Shown here one piece after another: positions 25,193-39,002 of a stretch of 64,000 bases of DNA. Source of the stretch: Octopus sinensis (lineage: Eukaryota). A program made the translations under genes and the position numbers. The notes under the pieces were generated by a model, which did no database searches, was not told where the DNA came from, and saw only the letters and a list, made by a program, of their open reading frames with translations. Each line of letters starts with the position of its first letter. The stretch's first letter is position 1. The stretch spans positions 2,480,001 to 2,544,000 of the forward strand of contig NC_043015.1 in the NCBI RefSeq assembly GCF_006345805.1, written 5' to 3'.

Positions 25193-28100
25193 ATATATTA
25201 TATATCCGAAATAGAAACACCAAGTAATGTACTTATACATATATATATATATATATATGTTTGTGTTTGTGTGTGTGTGTGTGTGCACATGCGCACGTAG
25301 ACACTCACATGGACATACATGCGCAGATACACATATTCTACTTTGGCAGAGATGAAATAACGTGCGCACAGTGCAGAATGGATATGAGAAATGTCTTTTA
25401 AAAGAATTGTATAATTTCACATAATTGTCTCAATATTTATGCTCGAATATGTGCAATTTTATGTGCCTTTATATATTTAAGTTTATATTTCTGCTTTTCA
25501 TGCATGCAAACGTCTGTCTCCATAAGCATGTGCGTAGTACACGTTTACCTACGTAGACGTCATTGCCGTACAATGACATTTAGAGAGAATGCATATTTGA
25601 AAGTCAATATTACTACAAAAATATTTGTGGTTTATAACTTATTTTGAAATCTCATATATATTCATGATTGTATTCTGCTGATAAAACAACATTTCTCTTC
25701 CATGTAATCTGTGCAAACAGTCACCAAACAGCATTGCATAAATTTATTAAATCTACATTAGTTTCTGCATTAAAGATTTACTTGGTGTTTGGCATATTGT
25801 TATATATTAGTTAGGATGGCATGAATGCTAACTCCGTTCGCATATTTTAATTTTACTGCTAGCTTGCTTTTATGGAAATGATTGAGTGGGAGGCATCACA
25901 ATCAGAGTTATAAAGAAACAAAACACAACAAAAACATAAGCATATTCCGTATTTCAGCCATAACGATATTCCCCTTTAATATTTGTTTTATCTTTGATCG
26001 CGCTCAGGTTAGTATAAAAGAAGCCAAAAATAACGGTAGATTTAGCAGGCTGATATGATAGTGTTACGTGACTCAAACTTAGTATATGCTCTGATATTCA
26101 ATCCTGGTGTACTCCAGGTTATCTACGTATCTTCTTATATTTATAGTTCACAACATAATGATTAAGGTCCAGGAAAATATTGGAGCTGAACAAATGAGAT
26201 GCAACTATATTTGGTTAATATATCAGAAAGCCTCACCTCAATGCTACTATATCTGACTACACTGGAAATATATTGAAATTTGATTGCTGTGTTTTACTCA
26301 AGGTGTGCCAATTATAAACGAAACAGAATCCTGCATAGATTCACTAATTGCCAGAATACTTATACCTAGGTTTTGCAATTTCTTTCCTTTTTCGCGTACT
26401 CCATACTGCATAATATAGCCACTTCGTATGGCCGCAACGCTAAATAATACGACACTGTGTCAAGAAAAATGGTGCAGATGTTTGTTATATATGTCTGTAT
26501 GTCTCAACGCTAAAATAAAATATTGTCCATTTCTAAAAGAGATTTATGATAATATAAATGCTTGAGGTTATTTATTGTTTAGAAGCACTTGAAATTCTGT
26601 TTATCAGAATAAGTAAATCAGCTTTGAAATGCGATTAATAAACTGTCGCTGCATATTTTTCCAGAGCACGTGTGGACAAAACTGAAAGAGTAAGACATGT
26701 TGTTGCTCAGAATTGATATTTGCGAAGATTGTTGTATATCAACATATTATCAATTCATATCATCAAAATCCTGGTAAAAATCAGAAAGGTTTTTATGAAT
26801 ATTCTTGTTAGTTCGATAGCCATAAATATTGTTATTACTATGCACATGTTTTCGCCTTCTTTACGTCTGGATCTTACCTTTTGTACCTAATACCCAATTT
26901 GTTTTGAATCACATTTAGCTATTAATATTAACCGTTTGCCTCACCTTTATAATAATCAGCAACGGTATAATGTCAGAAGAAATGTGTCAAAATTTCTTAA
27001 CTTCGTTTTTTAATATTGTTGCTTAAATCTCAATGTGACTTATCACCTTCACGATGTTAGGTCATATGACACTTAACGAGGTGTAAAATCGTTAGTTTTC
27101 TGAGGAATATGGAGTTCTTGTATGTTTTTAATAATAGCTCCTGTTGTCTCGGATATTTCTACACTCAATTACACTCCACCCCATACTAGCTTATGACCAG
27201 ATTTTATGCTCTCTACGTCTGGAATTAAACCATGGATACCTAATACCAATCTGTTTTTGAATCATATTTTGCTATTAATATAAAAGGTTTCCAAAATGTT
27301 TATCATAATCAACAACGCCCTCATATAAGAAGAAATTATAGTGAGAAAACTTCGTAACTCCATTTTTATATTTATGTTCTAGCATGTACACCAAAATTAT
27401 TGATAGTCTAGATATTGTTCTTTTACTCCAAAACTGGGCTTTTGCAATGTTTCACAAAATATGTGGAAAAAGAAATAATTTTTCTGGTTTATTATTTCTC
27501 TTCCTCAATGTTCAAATAATTTTAGCTGCCTAGTGAGTACTCTGTAATTGATATAGCGACATTATATTAAGCAACATAACATGATTAAACACGGAATGAA
27601 AGTTCCACGAAAAGAACTGTTTCTCGCAGTAGAGGTTTGCACAAGTTTGGAGCTTATTCGTTATATTGTTGCTTAAAGTATTCACGTGTTTGGCAGGTTC
27701 ATGTTTGCTAAGTTCATTTTTGTATTAGGGTTCTCTTCCTTGTTGATGAAATGATTGCCATTTAAAAATTTACCATATCTTTATTTGAGGTACTTAAAAA
27801 AATCGTTGTTTATTCTGATAAGTAGAAACTTATTTCGTATTGCAGCATGTTACCTGCCTAGTAACTGCAGGGCGATACTCTTGAAGCTGGGAATGATGGT
27901 TAGAAAAATGACCCAAAAATTATAATTGGAGGTAAAATGTAATAAGAGTGCGATAGGAGAGGTACGAATATTTAATACAGTGAATGATTGTAAAATCCTC
28001 TCAAATTTACTCAGGTATTCCTAGGTTTCGGCTTGCCAGCTAAAGGATTTGCTTATCTTAGATTCTCTAAATATTTTCATTGGTAGAGATCTCAATCTCA

Positions 28101-29898
28101 CATTTAGAATGAATTTTTGTGTGATATAGAAAATGAGTATGTTATTTCAATTTTAGTAGCTACAGGAATCATACTTCATTATCTTTCTGTATTCTCGCTG
28201 GATGAATTATCTAAATAGAAACATATGGCGTTAAAAGAATCATTTCGAGAGATATGACAGCGATCGTATTAGATATATTTCCAGCGCGAATTGACTGAGA
28301 TATTCATCAGCAGCAGATGTGTGACAGTAAAAACAAAATGAGGCCAGATCCAATAAGCATTACAAATGAAGAGGCGCTAAGTAAATGCATATTTGAGCAA
28401 CTTGAAAGTTAAGTTTAACGGACATGTAGAGCAATAAAATAATCTGAGGAGACACTGAGGGCATTCCCAATCATCCATTGAATGCAAAATACGAACAGCA
28501 CCATCTCTTAGAAAAATTCGATTATTTAGACTGTTTAGAAAGTATGATTTTATTCTTTGTAAGGGGCGGTTCCACTACTTAGGAAGAACACAGGCTGTCA
28601 TTTATTTCTCTAGTGATCCTTTAGATTGACCTTGCTAATGATGTATATGCAACAAGTAATGGAGCTACTGGTACAGATGTCAATTCGATCAAATGCGATG
28701 GAAGAGGCGACCTTGATAGTGCAAATGTCTTTGCTTTATTGCTGACGTTTGTTCGAAAGTACATATGGGCATATATTGAAGTATATACTTTTAAAAACTG
28801 TTAACGTTATTTATTTTGTTATGCTTCAACCTTCAACACATATTTTCTCTCGAAAGCTAGTTTGTCTATTAACTTTCGTGGGGTAACAAAATCATTCTTT
28901 TCCATAGCAAACTTGTTCTCTGTCTGTGAGCTAGCAAAGCCTTCTAAATTACAGAATCCTAGAAAGAGTAATACTCTACGTATGAACTAGTAAACTTATG
29001 TATAAGACAGCTATTTGAACCTAACGCCCTGAAAATAGTACTTACATTACAATAGCGACCAAGAAACAGGCATTATATATACATATCCCTACTAATGATC
29101 ACTAATTTGTGAATTACGAGAAGTTGTAGACCGGAGGGTGAAGTGTTGGATTATTTTACCACCAGTTGAAAGAAAAGTATATCAGATTTATGTATAATAT
29201 TAATTTACGCCAAAAGAGAAACAGCGACTGACAGAAGAGGTCAGAAATGTACCCACACACACGTGAATGCGTGTAGGTTTACAGGTGCCGTATAAATATT
29301 TTTTCCGACATTTTTGGAGTAATCAAAGTACATATAAAGCAGCAAACGATTGACGAAAGCACTTGGCAATAAGTTCGAACTACAAGCAGGTTGTTGCCAG
29401 CAAACGACATAACCATACAGCTATGCTCACTTCTTTCATTTGTACGTATTAATGTATTCGGTGTTCAAGTATGATAAATTTATAACACATTAAGTTTAAA
29501 CAAGAAGCAAGAATTACGAGATGAAAATAAATAGACACTTAAATAAAATATCAATAATACATCTCTGATATATTTTTATTATTTAAGTAATGATTCTAAA
29601 CGATACACTCTACATAAAGTTCAACTAGTAAAATAGCATAATGTATTAGCAAACAATGGATATATTTCAGAACACAAATATTAGCAAAAAAATTAGTGCA
29701 GAACCAGAACAGGAAAACACAAAAAAATTCGCAATCGGCTAATACGAAAATTACAGTAAGAGAACCAGTAATGATTAACATTAAGTGTACCGAGATAACT
29801 TTTTTAGTCTGTATGTTTCTTAATATTTTCTCGACAGTTTTAGTACAAGGTGTATTTAACATAACCTTTAACGTAATTCATTTTACAAGTTCCGTCCT

Positions 29899-29940
<42 letters not shown>

Positions 29941-30182
29941 ATAATAATATAGGGTGAGATCAACTAATTTGGAATAATCATTAATTTCACCAAATAGATT
30001 TCGGCATGTAAAACCCCATTCGAGGAAGGTTTAAGTAATACGCAGGCGTTGTTTGCCTTTTAAGTGCTGTGGTTTTACTGAGATCTCCCTTTTAAGTAGA
30101 AAGAATAGCCATAACTCTTTGACTGCTATTTCTAAATTCGGTGTGTGGTGAGGCAAATCGTTCCTAAACCCTTAATTACTTA

Positions 30183-30224
<42 letters not shown>

Positions 30225-30239
30225 GTATATATTCTTGTA

Positions 30240-30455
30240 TTTGCTTGAGTCATTTAACAGTGAACCTGTTGGAGCACAATCTTTAGTCGAACAAATCGAC
30301 TCTAGGAATTTTTCTTTGTAAGCTTCGTACTTATTCTATAGATTTCTTCTGCCGAACCGCTAGTTTACAGAGACGTAAACACACGAACATCCGTTGTCAA
30401 GTGATGGGCGGCAAACGCAAATACACAAACACACAGACGCACACACACACACACA
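30240..30455 (-). mobile_element. Decayed SINE 3' half (family of 38593)
   Basis: ctttagtcgaacaaatcgac..ctttgtaagc..gtacttattcta..gccgaaccgct. Confidence 0.75.
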
Positions 30456-30479
30456 TTCGGGTTTAATCTGGAAATTTAC

Positions 30480-31085
30480 AACGAAGAACTGGTTTCGACA
30501 TGAAATGGAAAAATCCTATCTAAAACCAAACCTATATTAGCGGGTCAAAAATGTCCGGCCTGTTCTGTTCAAGACACCGCATCTCTTAAAAGAGACTTGA
30601 GAATCCTGGGAGAATAAATTAAATTCCAGGATGAACGAGATTTTTACTGTGTTTGCATTTCAAGAGAAACAACTTCTTTATATTTAAACCAGACCACTTG
30701 ACACTTGATAAATTACGTTTATATTATTTGTATCCATTTAATATTAGTAGGTGCAGACGTTGCGATTAATTCGACTGTTGGTCTTCTCTGTCTACTACTA
30801 AGGTCTCATTCATGTACATATTCTATGTTTAAAATTTTTTGACAACCCCCAAATGCGGGCTGTAGTCTTTAAATTTCATTGCAACTGATCGTTTAATCCT
30901 TCAACAGACAGAGTGAAATTTCGTTATGTTCATTTATTGACAACCTCTCTGTCACGGCTTTTATATAACCACAAATTTTTAACATTTATCACACTTACTT
31001 ACGAAAAGTTACAAATATCAATATGGTATGGTAAAGTGATTTTTTTGGGGTTCACGTCGCTTGTGCTTTTCTGTTTCTGTCTATG
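30480..31085 (+). mobile_element. Decayed Penelope-like 3' end (GIY-YIG C-terminus plus LTR)
   Basis: DMKWK(I)LSKTKP..SGSK and NSRMNEIF..KQLL resemble the PLE C-terminal KWKIL..A.PY..GSK.C.LC..EK..LN.R.E segment. Confidence 0.55.
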
Positions 31086-31119
<34 letters not shown>

Positions 31120-31269
31120 TGTATGTATGTATGTATATATTTATGCATGTAAGTATGTTTACATGTCTGCTTATATATATAATCATATAATTATTATTTG
31201 AGGGAATGAAATCCAGACTTACAGGGGAAAAGAATTCAATTTAGAAATGCTAAATCAAATTCCACACAA

Positions 31270-31580
<311 letters not shown>

Positions 31581-31624
31581 TATATATATATTAATTAATT
31601 ATTTTACTGTTCTGTTATATTTTT

Positions 31625-31711
31625 AACCTGATGAGCGACTATATATATATGCAAGTGATTTTTCTACTACTATAATTATTTATTAACTATAGCAGCGAAA
31701 CACGTGTCGTT
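31625..31711 (+). ncRNA. Minimal type I hammerhead motif with canonical core in a pLTR stub
   Basis: aac-CTGATGA-GC..CTATA..TATAG..GC-GAAA-C-ACGT-G-TC|gtt. CACGTG palindrome and 3-bp stem I; cut after 31708. Confidence 0.72.
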
Positions 31712-32591
31712 TTCTACCTATTATATACATTATATCATTTTTTGTAATTTACTTAATCTTTACTTTTTAATTCTTATTTTAACTTTTCAATTATATGTAA
31801 TTTTCTAGATGGTGTAATTTAATTATTCATTTTGAATTGATAAAAGGTGTTTTTCTAATATTTTATATGTATTTATATATGTATATAAATGTGTATGTAC
31901 ATATGCATGTATACTTCTATGTAAATATGTGCGAGTACGTCTGCATCTCTGAATATGTGCTCTACCTTCCACCGTATGTCAACAGGAGACAAATACAAAA
32001 AGGGCAGTCTCGGTGCTATTTATTACGAAAAATGCGCCTAGTTAATATCCAAGCATCGTTGGCGTCCGGAAGAAAATGACGGAAAGAAAAGGAAAGTATA
32101 TCCGAAGTCATTTTAGCACGTTTAGCTTCTTACACCCGGACATATGGATTTACATTCAATGAGCTTACTCATTCTATAGTTTCATGCCTACGGATGTACT
32201 TTTGAAACAATATTAAGTAATACTTACAATTAGTGAAACCCACCGAGATCGCATCAATGTGAATTTCACATTATACAGTACGAATATTTACTCAAGATCT
32301 CCAAGCAAAAATAGTCAACGGTAGGCGGTTGTTAAATATCAATTGACAGCCGAGTAGGAAATTGATAACAAAAGACATAGTGAAATATCTGTTGTCCAGC
32401 TAAATAATTACATTTTCACACAATGCTGCAAAACATTTTATAGTATTGTGTATGAATCATTGTAAAGTATTCTTCCGGCTGTAAACATGTATAAAGAAAC
32501 TTGCTTATACATTTCGAAAACTCATATCAAAGTACGTAAACGTGCACAGAGTTTACACACTAACTGCCACATATACACATACATACACACA

Positions 32592-32675
<84 letters not shown>

Positions 32676-32704
32676 TATTGTCTCTTTTCGTATTCACTCA
32701 ATAG

Positions 32705-32796
32705 CTGAGCTGGTGTACTGTTTTCGAAAATTAGAGCCAAACGAATCAAGGACAGGCATTTTAATTCTTGTAGACCTGATATTCATTCATTTAGCT
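32705..32796 (+). other. Candidate orphan exon (92 nt)
   Basis: Acceptor tcttttcgtattcactcaatag and donor GTAAGC. Only one frame is open (ELVYCFRKLEPNESRTGILILVDLIFIHLA); no recognised homology. Confidence 0.2.
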
Positions 32797-33170
32797 GTAA
32801 GCTAACACTTGTTTTAAGTTTTCCTTTACCAAACCTCATGATATCGCTTCTTATGAATCTTGATTTTTATGATTATACCAACTATAATTTCTGTCGGCTC
32901 CCTCATCCCTACCTCCAACAGATACTGCTCCTTTGTTCTCTCAAAACAAGGATTTGATAAACTTGTCTATAAATTAAAACTAAACCCATAAAAACAAATC
33001 AGTGACACGCAGAGTCTGTAACAGTGTATAACTTCTTGATACCTTTGTAGCTTCTATGATGGAGTTAACGCAGCATGTTCTTTCTTCATCTCCTTAAGTT
33101 CTTGGAGAATTTTTGTATAATTAAAATAATGTATCCAGCTTTTCTAATTTAATCAAATTCTATGTCTTTG

Positions 33171-33257
33171 TGCAGCTGAAGATTACACTGCATTGTAAAG
33201 TGACGTAATGATTGCATTCTTCAAGTAAATAGAGTTGCATGAAACGATCGTACTGCA
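33171..33257 (+). ncRNA. Minimal type I hammerhead motif with canonical core
   Basis: TGCAG-CTGAAGA-(58-nt domain II, poorly closed)-GAAA-C-GATC-G-TA|CTGCA. Perfect 5-bp stem I and CGATCG palindrome. The downstream LTR-like tail resembles 56830-56885. Confidence 0.65.
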
Positions 33258-33416
33258 TTAACTCTGGATATTCTTGTTGCTTATTTTGACTTCAATCACC
33301 TTGCTTTGAAATTGTATGGTAACATCGTACTAAATTCTGGTTCCTCAACTTAAGTACCATATTCATTTGAATTCAAATTTTTGCTTTACACACACACACA
33401 CACACAAATATATATA

Positions 33417-33456
<40 letters not shown>

Positions 33457-33844
33457 GCATGTGTGTGTATAAATATATATATATCTATAGAGAGAGAAAG
33501 ATATATAGGTGTATGTATATGCAACTGTTAATGTAGACACGTCTCTTTTGTCAACGTTTATTTTTTTCTCCTTTCATATTTCCTCTCCTCGTGCTTTTCT
33601 GTTGGTAGAACGGAGTAGGCTGGAGGTTTTCAAAGACATCTTCTATTTTCGCTGGGCGTGATACCAACACAACTTGTTTATTTTATCTACATCAGTCTCT
33701 AAATGTTTGTTTCTTTTTTATGCATAAATACAAACTATATATGTTTGTGTGTGCGACTGTGCCTGTGTCTGAGCCTGTGTGTGCGCGTGCATACAAGTCT
33801 GTATATTTATATACATATATATAGACACACGCACACAAACAAAC

Positions 33845-33889
<45 letters not shown>

Positions 33890-34246
33890 ACACGTTATGC
33901 ATCAGTGTGTGCGTGTGTTTTGTTTTTTCCCCATATGTCTATATATAACAGTCAAGTTTATACTTTTCGCTAATGCTTTAGATAGATAGATATGTGTATA
34001 TGTGCAACTGAATATCGCGTGTCATTTTAATAATAGGATGTTCATACCAACCGCAATGTCTACCCGACAGATTGCAAGGAATATCTTGGTTTTCTAAGGC
34101 GTGCAAATGCATTTAGCACAAGGTCATAACACAGTTCAGAGATATAATACAGTTCAGAGAGCAAGAGCCCTTGAATTTCTTCGAAATATAAACTTACCAA
34201 TATGCACTCGATTTAGGACGAACATCTACACTTGCAGTGTTAATTA

Positions 34247-34300
<54 letters not shown>

Positions 34301-34359
34301 TTCAACTCGACGAAGTAACATAGAATAATTCATATTTTTCTTTTTCTTTTTGGTTTCAG

Positions 34360-34473
34360 GCCACAAATTTCACCGTCTGTGGCACAAATTCACCCACACT
34401 CGTAACACAATTTCTTTCAACGTCACCGTCTCCGTCAAACTCTCTAGCTGCTTCTCCGCCGCCTGCAGGATGA
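34360..34473 (+). other. Candidate terminal exon after a very strong acceptor
   Basis: tttttctttttctttttggtttcag|GCC; frame 0 gives ATNFTVCGTNSPTLVTQFLSTSPSPSNSLAASPPPAG*. Locally GC-richer; no homology recognised. Confidence 0.15.
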
Positions 34474-35879
34474 GATCCAGACACAAATATATCTGGTCAA
34501 AATCCTTCCAAGCATGTGGTTGATATCAAGTAGCATTTTCGAATTCGCTAACGTTTTTGTTCAGATATACTTAATTTCTTTTTTAGGACAGTGTTATTTA
34601 CTTACATTTTAGATGTAGTGGTTCTGCAGTTTACGGCTTCAGAATTTCTAGAATCAGAATTAACCAGAGACAGAAGCAGGGACTTGAAAGAATAACGCTC
34701 ATTATCGCTTGAACGATATTTAACCAGCTATTACAGGGGAAAAATAACAAAGTAGTGATGGGAACAATCATTGTTGGTAGCTGTCTAGGAAAAGAAACTA
34801 GTCAGAAAGACGATGTTAGAAAAGAGATGTTAGAAAGCAAGTCTAGAGCTTATAATCTAGCATCGAGTTGAGCAATGTGGTACTTGCTTATGATGGTCGC
34901 ACCTGAAGCACATATTTGAGTATGCAAGACCTCATCTGCTGCTTTGTCATGAAACGATACTCCTGAGTGGTAGATCACGAACGATAAAATAATTAGAAGT
35001 TGAACTCATGGGTCAATATAATCGATCAGTCCCGTCCCCAGACAAAAATAAAATGAGGCTTTGTGCCTATAGTAGAAAGGATTTTATAATCGGAATACGT
35101 AGGAAAAATAAAGGGATGAATTGCACGAACAAAACGCTCGTATGTGAAGTAGCTGTAGTTTTAACACTAGTATCACTCGGAATATTATATTCTGTGTTCT
35201 CGAATAAAATGCGAAAACTGAACGAAAAATGTTAACATTACATTACATTTTCAACAGCTGCAGCTGTCCTTTGCTCGTCATTTTCTAAATAATGGAGTTT
35301 TAGCAGACATCTATTAACATACAATATACATTAGTTGTGGAAAAGAAAAATATCTATTTCTTTTGTTAAATTACTGCTATACTTCTTACACAAGTAGTTC
35401 TCTATTTGTTTTTTTTTTTCATTCGTCCTTTGTGTCCTTTAGTTCTTTGTTTCGTTATATATTCTATGTATTTATATTTTTAGAAAAATAGATCATTTTT
35501 TCTCGTTTTTCCTAACGTCCTACCATACAATTACTTCTGTGTCGCCTTTAGTTTCCCCTTCACTGTATCTGCCCCTTTTCATTGTATTAAATCTTGTAAT
35601 ATATTACTCGTGATTTTAACGACGTCTTTCAATTTCAATATTTCTGTCTCTATCACCATTCATTTGTTTTCTTTTCCATTTCACAAAACTCTATCTTAGT
35701 ATGGTACTATTCTTCCTATCACTTCCTTGACTGTCTTGCCTCAAACTTGTGTAAGTACTTTCACTCACACAACATTTTCTATAGACATATACACATTTAT
35801 GTGATTGCGCATGTGTGTAAAGTATGTATGTGTATATATATATATATATATATGTGCGTGTGTGTAGTTTATATATATA

Positions 35880-35916
35880 TATATAAATTATATGTATAAA
35901 TATAAATGTATATATG

Positions 35917-35947
<31 letters not shown>

Positions 35948-36006
35948 TAAGTGTATATATAGAATATAATATAATATATATATATATTATATCATATATT
36001 ATATAT

Positions 36007-36096
<90 letters not shown>
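35880..36096 (+). repeat. (TA)n microsatellite
   Basis: Direct reading. Confidence 0.95.
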
Positions 36097-36100
<4 letters not shown>

Positions 36101-36498
36101 TCAGTACTCATGCATATTGTCTACAGTAGTATTGGTATATATTTTAAAAAGGCCGTTGCTCTCTGTCCACGTTTGGACATCTAGTGTAGCATCTTCAGCC
36201 AACATTGTCGTTCATATCTTTAGTATTCTTGATTTTGATCTGTAGTGTATTTCATATCATTTAGGAAGAAACTCATCTACAACGCAAAATAATGATGGTA
36301 AATCAATGAATTCAACCGTGGCAAGATGTTTACATTTCTTTGTATAATTTATTATTGTGTTTCTGAATTTCTCTTTCCGTTCTCCGTGGTGCTAAATTTG
36401 GTTTTATATTGATATATGTTCTGCTACTACTTATGTTGAGTTAATATTTGTACATTGTTTAGGGGCATCGGTTGAGTTTATATGTTCACGTACTTTGA

Positions 36499-36888
36499 CT
36501 TAAGGAAGCACTCCGTCGGTTCCGACGACGAGGGATCCGACTGATCCCAATAAACAGAACAGCCTGCTCGTGAAATTAACGTGTAAGTGGCTGAGCACTC
36601 CATAGACACGTGTACACTTAACGTAGTTTTTCGATGATATTCAGCGTGACACAGACAGTGACAAGGCCGACCCTTTGAAATACAGGTACAACAGAAACAG
36701 GAAGTAAGAGTGAGAGAAAGTTGTGGTGAAAGAGTACAGCAGGGATCACCACCATCCCCTGCCGGAGCCTCATGGATCTTTAGGTCTTTTCGCTCAATAA
36801 ACACTCACAACGCCCGGTCTCGGAATCGAAACCGCGATCCTATGACCGCAAGTCCGCTGCCCTAACCACTGCGCCATTGCACCTCCAC
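36499..36888 (-). mobile_element. Full-length tRNA(Arg)-like SINE with 10-bp TSD
   Basis: Reverse complement of the 6058 family; TSD cgtactttga at 36489-36498 and 36889-36898. Confidence 0.93.
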
Positions 36889-37159
36889 CGTACTTTGATT
36901 ATTTACATAAGCAAGATGTGTTGCATCTTATAAAATACCTACGCGTAGGTATTTTCCTTTGCAAAGTTTAGTTTGAATGGGTAACTCAGCTATAACTAAG
37001 CATTTTACACAAAACGAATTTTAATGACCCCAGAATTTGCTCAAGTGTAGCTTTTGTAGGCCCGACACTATAGCACGATGAACTTTAACAAATTGCCACG
37101 TTTTAGAAACGAACCCGAAAACATATGGTTGGAAAACAAGCTTCTTACTATTAAGCGAT

Positions 37160-37198
37160 GCCTATCTATTTATCTATCTATCTATCTATCTATCTATA

Positions 37199-37265
<67 letters not shown>

Positions 37266-37304
37266 CTGTCTATCTATCTATCTATCTATCTGTCTATCTA
37301 TCTA

Positions 37305-37356
<52 letters not shown>

Positions 37357-37372
37357 TAGATAGATAAATATA
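37160..37372 (+). repeat. (TCTA)n plus (TA)n microsatellite
   Basis: Direct reading. Confidence 0.95.
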
Positions 37373-37719
37373 TATATATCATAAATACAGCGTGGATTCT
37401 TATCCTTAAATATATTTATTAATGGCTTGAAATTTCAATATAAACCCAACAACTTCGGGTGGTGGGTAAATGGATTACACCCACCCCACTGCTCAAATGA
37501 TATATATATCTTATCGACCTGGAAGCAGGAAAGGTAATGTCGACCTCACCCGCATTGGTACTCAGAAAATAATGATTGACGAAAAGCCGCTAAGCAACAT
37601 GCCCGGCGTGAGAACGTGTGTTCCAGCTAACCACCTGATTAACACACACGAGTCGGCAGGAACATGCATAGGCTGAGGAAATTATGTTTATTTTCACCTT
37701 CCCTACTGATAAAACAGCT

Positions 37720-38592
37720 ATGGTTTACTTTGGATTAAATGATAAAGTATGATCCTACTATATGTATTGTCTCTTTGTAAGCGGCTCAAAATTATGAGCA
37801 CAACACACACTCTGCCTTGAAAATGTTGAAGCAAACCCTCTGGATCTACCTCAAATGATGACAGATTTTCCCCTGATGTGACCTGATTCACTCTTAAACA
37901 GGTTTTAAAAAATGTGGACACTAGAGTAGGAAACGCCATTGGTCTAAAAGGTCTCATAGGAAGGAATTTTGATAAAGATGTATTTATTAGTTTTAAAGAT
38001 ATGATGAAGAAATTAATGTCTACTGAGGAGGATGAAATACTGGAAATTTCCGAGACTTTACTATTTAAAATGAGCATTATTGTTCATTTCCTCCATGCCC
38101 ATATCGATTACCTTCCGAAAATCTGGAAGATGTGGGAGAGGAGCAAGAGGGACAGGTCTCAGGAAGATTAAATGGTAAACTATAGGAATGATGAAATATC
38201 AATGTGATGGCCGACTAATGTTGGATGCTTCATCTAAATTTCAATCAAATGCTCTCACGAAAAAGAGTTCAGCCGTAATTGCCAAAAACCATAAAATAAA
38301 AAAAAATTACAATAATAAAGGATTTTCAGGTGCTGAATCAAAAAAGAACAGCAGAAAGAAAAAGGAATTAATGGCAGACTTATAGAAATTATATTTTATC
38401 GCATTTTAGTTTTATTCATGCCCTCTTATTTTTGCTTAATATAGTACAAAATTAATTTTAATAGTTTCATTCTGAAGTACCACATGTGCATTTACATACA
38501 AATGACAGTATATTTTATCATTTACTTCTGAGAAAACCGTAGGTAATAGGAAATACCTTTTCTGGTATATCGAAGTAGCGCCGAAAAGATAT
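37720..38592 (+). mobile_element. Decayed DNA transposon, probably CMC/Chapaev3-type transposase C-terminus
   Basis: KMSIIVHFLHAHIDYLP, EDVGEEQ and INVMAD*CWML match the MSLK.HFL.SHLD.FP / SEEQGERFHQD / MMADYCW motif series. The family assignment is from memory. Confidence 0.7.
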
Positions 38593-39002
38593 AGGCGCAG
38601 GAGTGGCTGTGTGGTAAGTAGCTTTCTAACCAATTACATGGTTCCGGGTTCAGTCCCACTGCGTGGCATCTTGGGCAAGTGTCTTCTGCTATAGCCCCGG
38701 GCTGACCAATGCCTTGTGTGTGGATTTGGTAGACGGAAACTGAAAAGAAGCCTGTCGTATATATGTATATATATGTGTGTGTGTGTTTGTGTGTCTGTGT
38801 TTGTCCCCCTAGCATTGCTTGACAACCGATGCTGGTGTGTTTACATCCTCGTAACTTAGCGGTTAGGCAAAAGAGACCGATATAATAAGTACTGAGCTTA
38901 CAAAGAATAAGTCCCGGGGTCGATTTGCTCGACTAAAGGCGGTGCTCCAGCATGGACGCAGTCAAATGACTGAAACAAGTAAAAGAGTAAAAAGAGTAAG
39001 AG
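38593..39002 (+). mobile_element. Full-length CORE-like SINE with internal (TA)/(TG) tract
   Basis: aggcgcaggagtggctgtgtggtaag..gggttcagtcccactgcgtggcatcttgggcaagtgtcttct..gcagtcaaatgactgaaacaagtaaaagagt. Confidence 0.95.
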
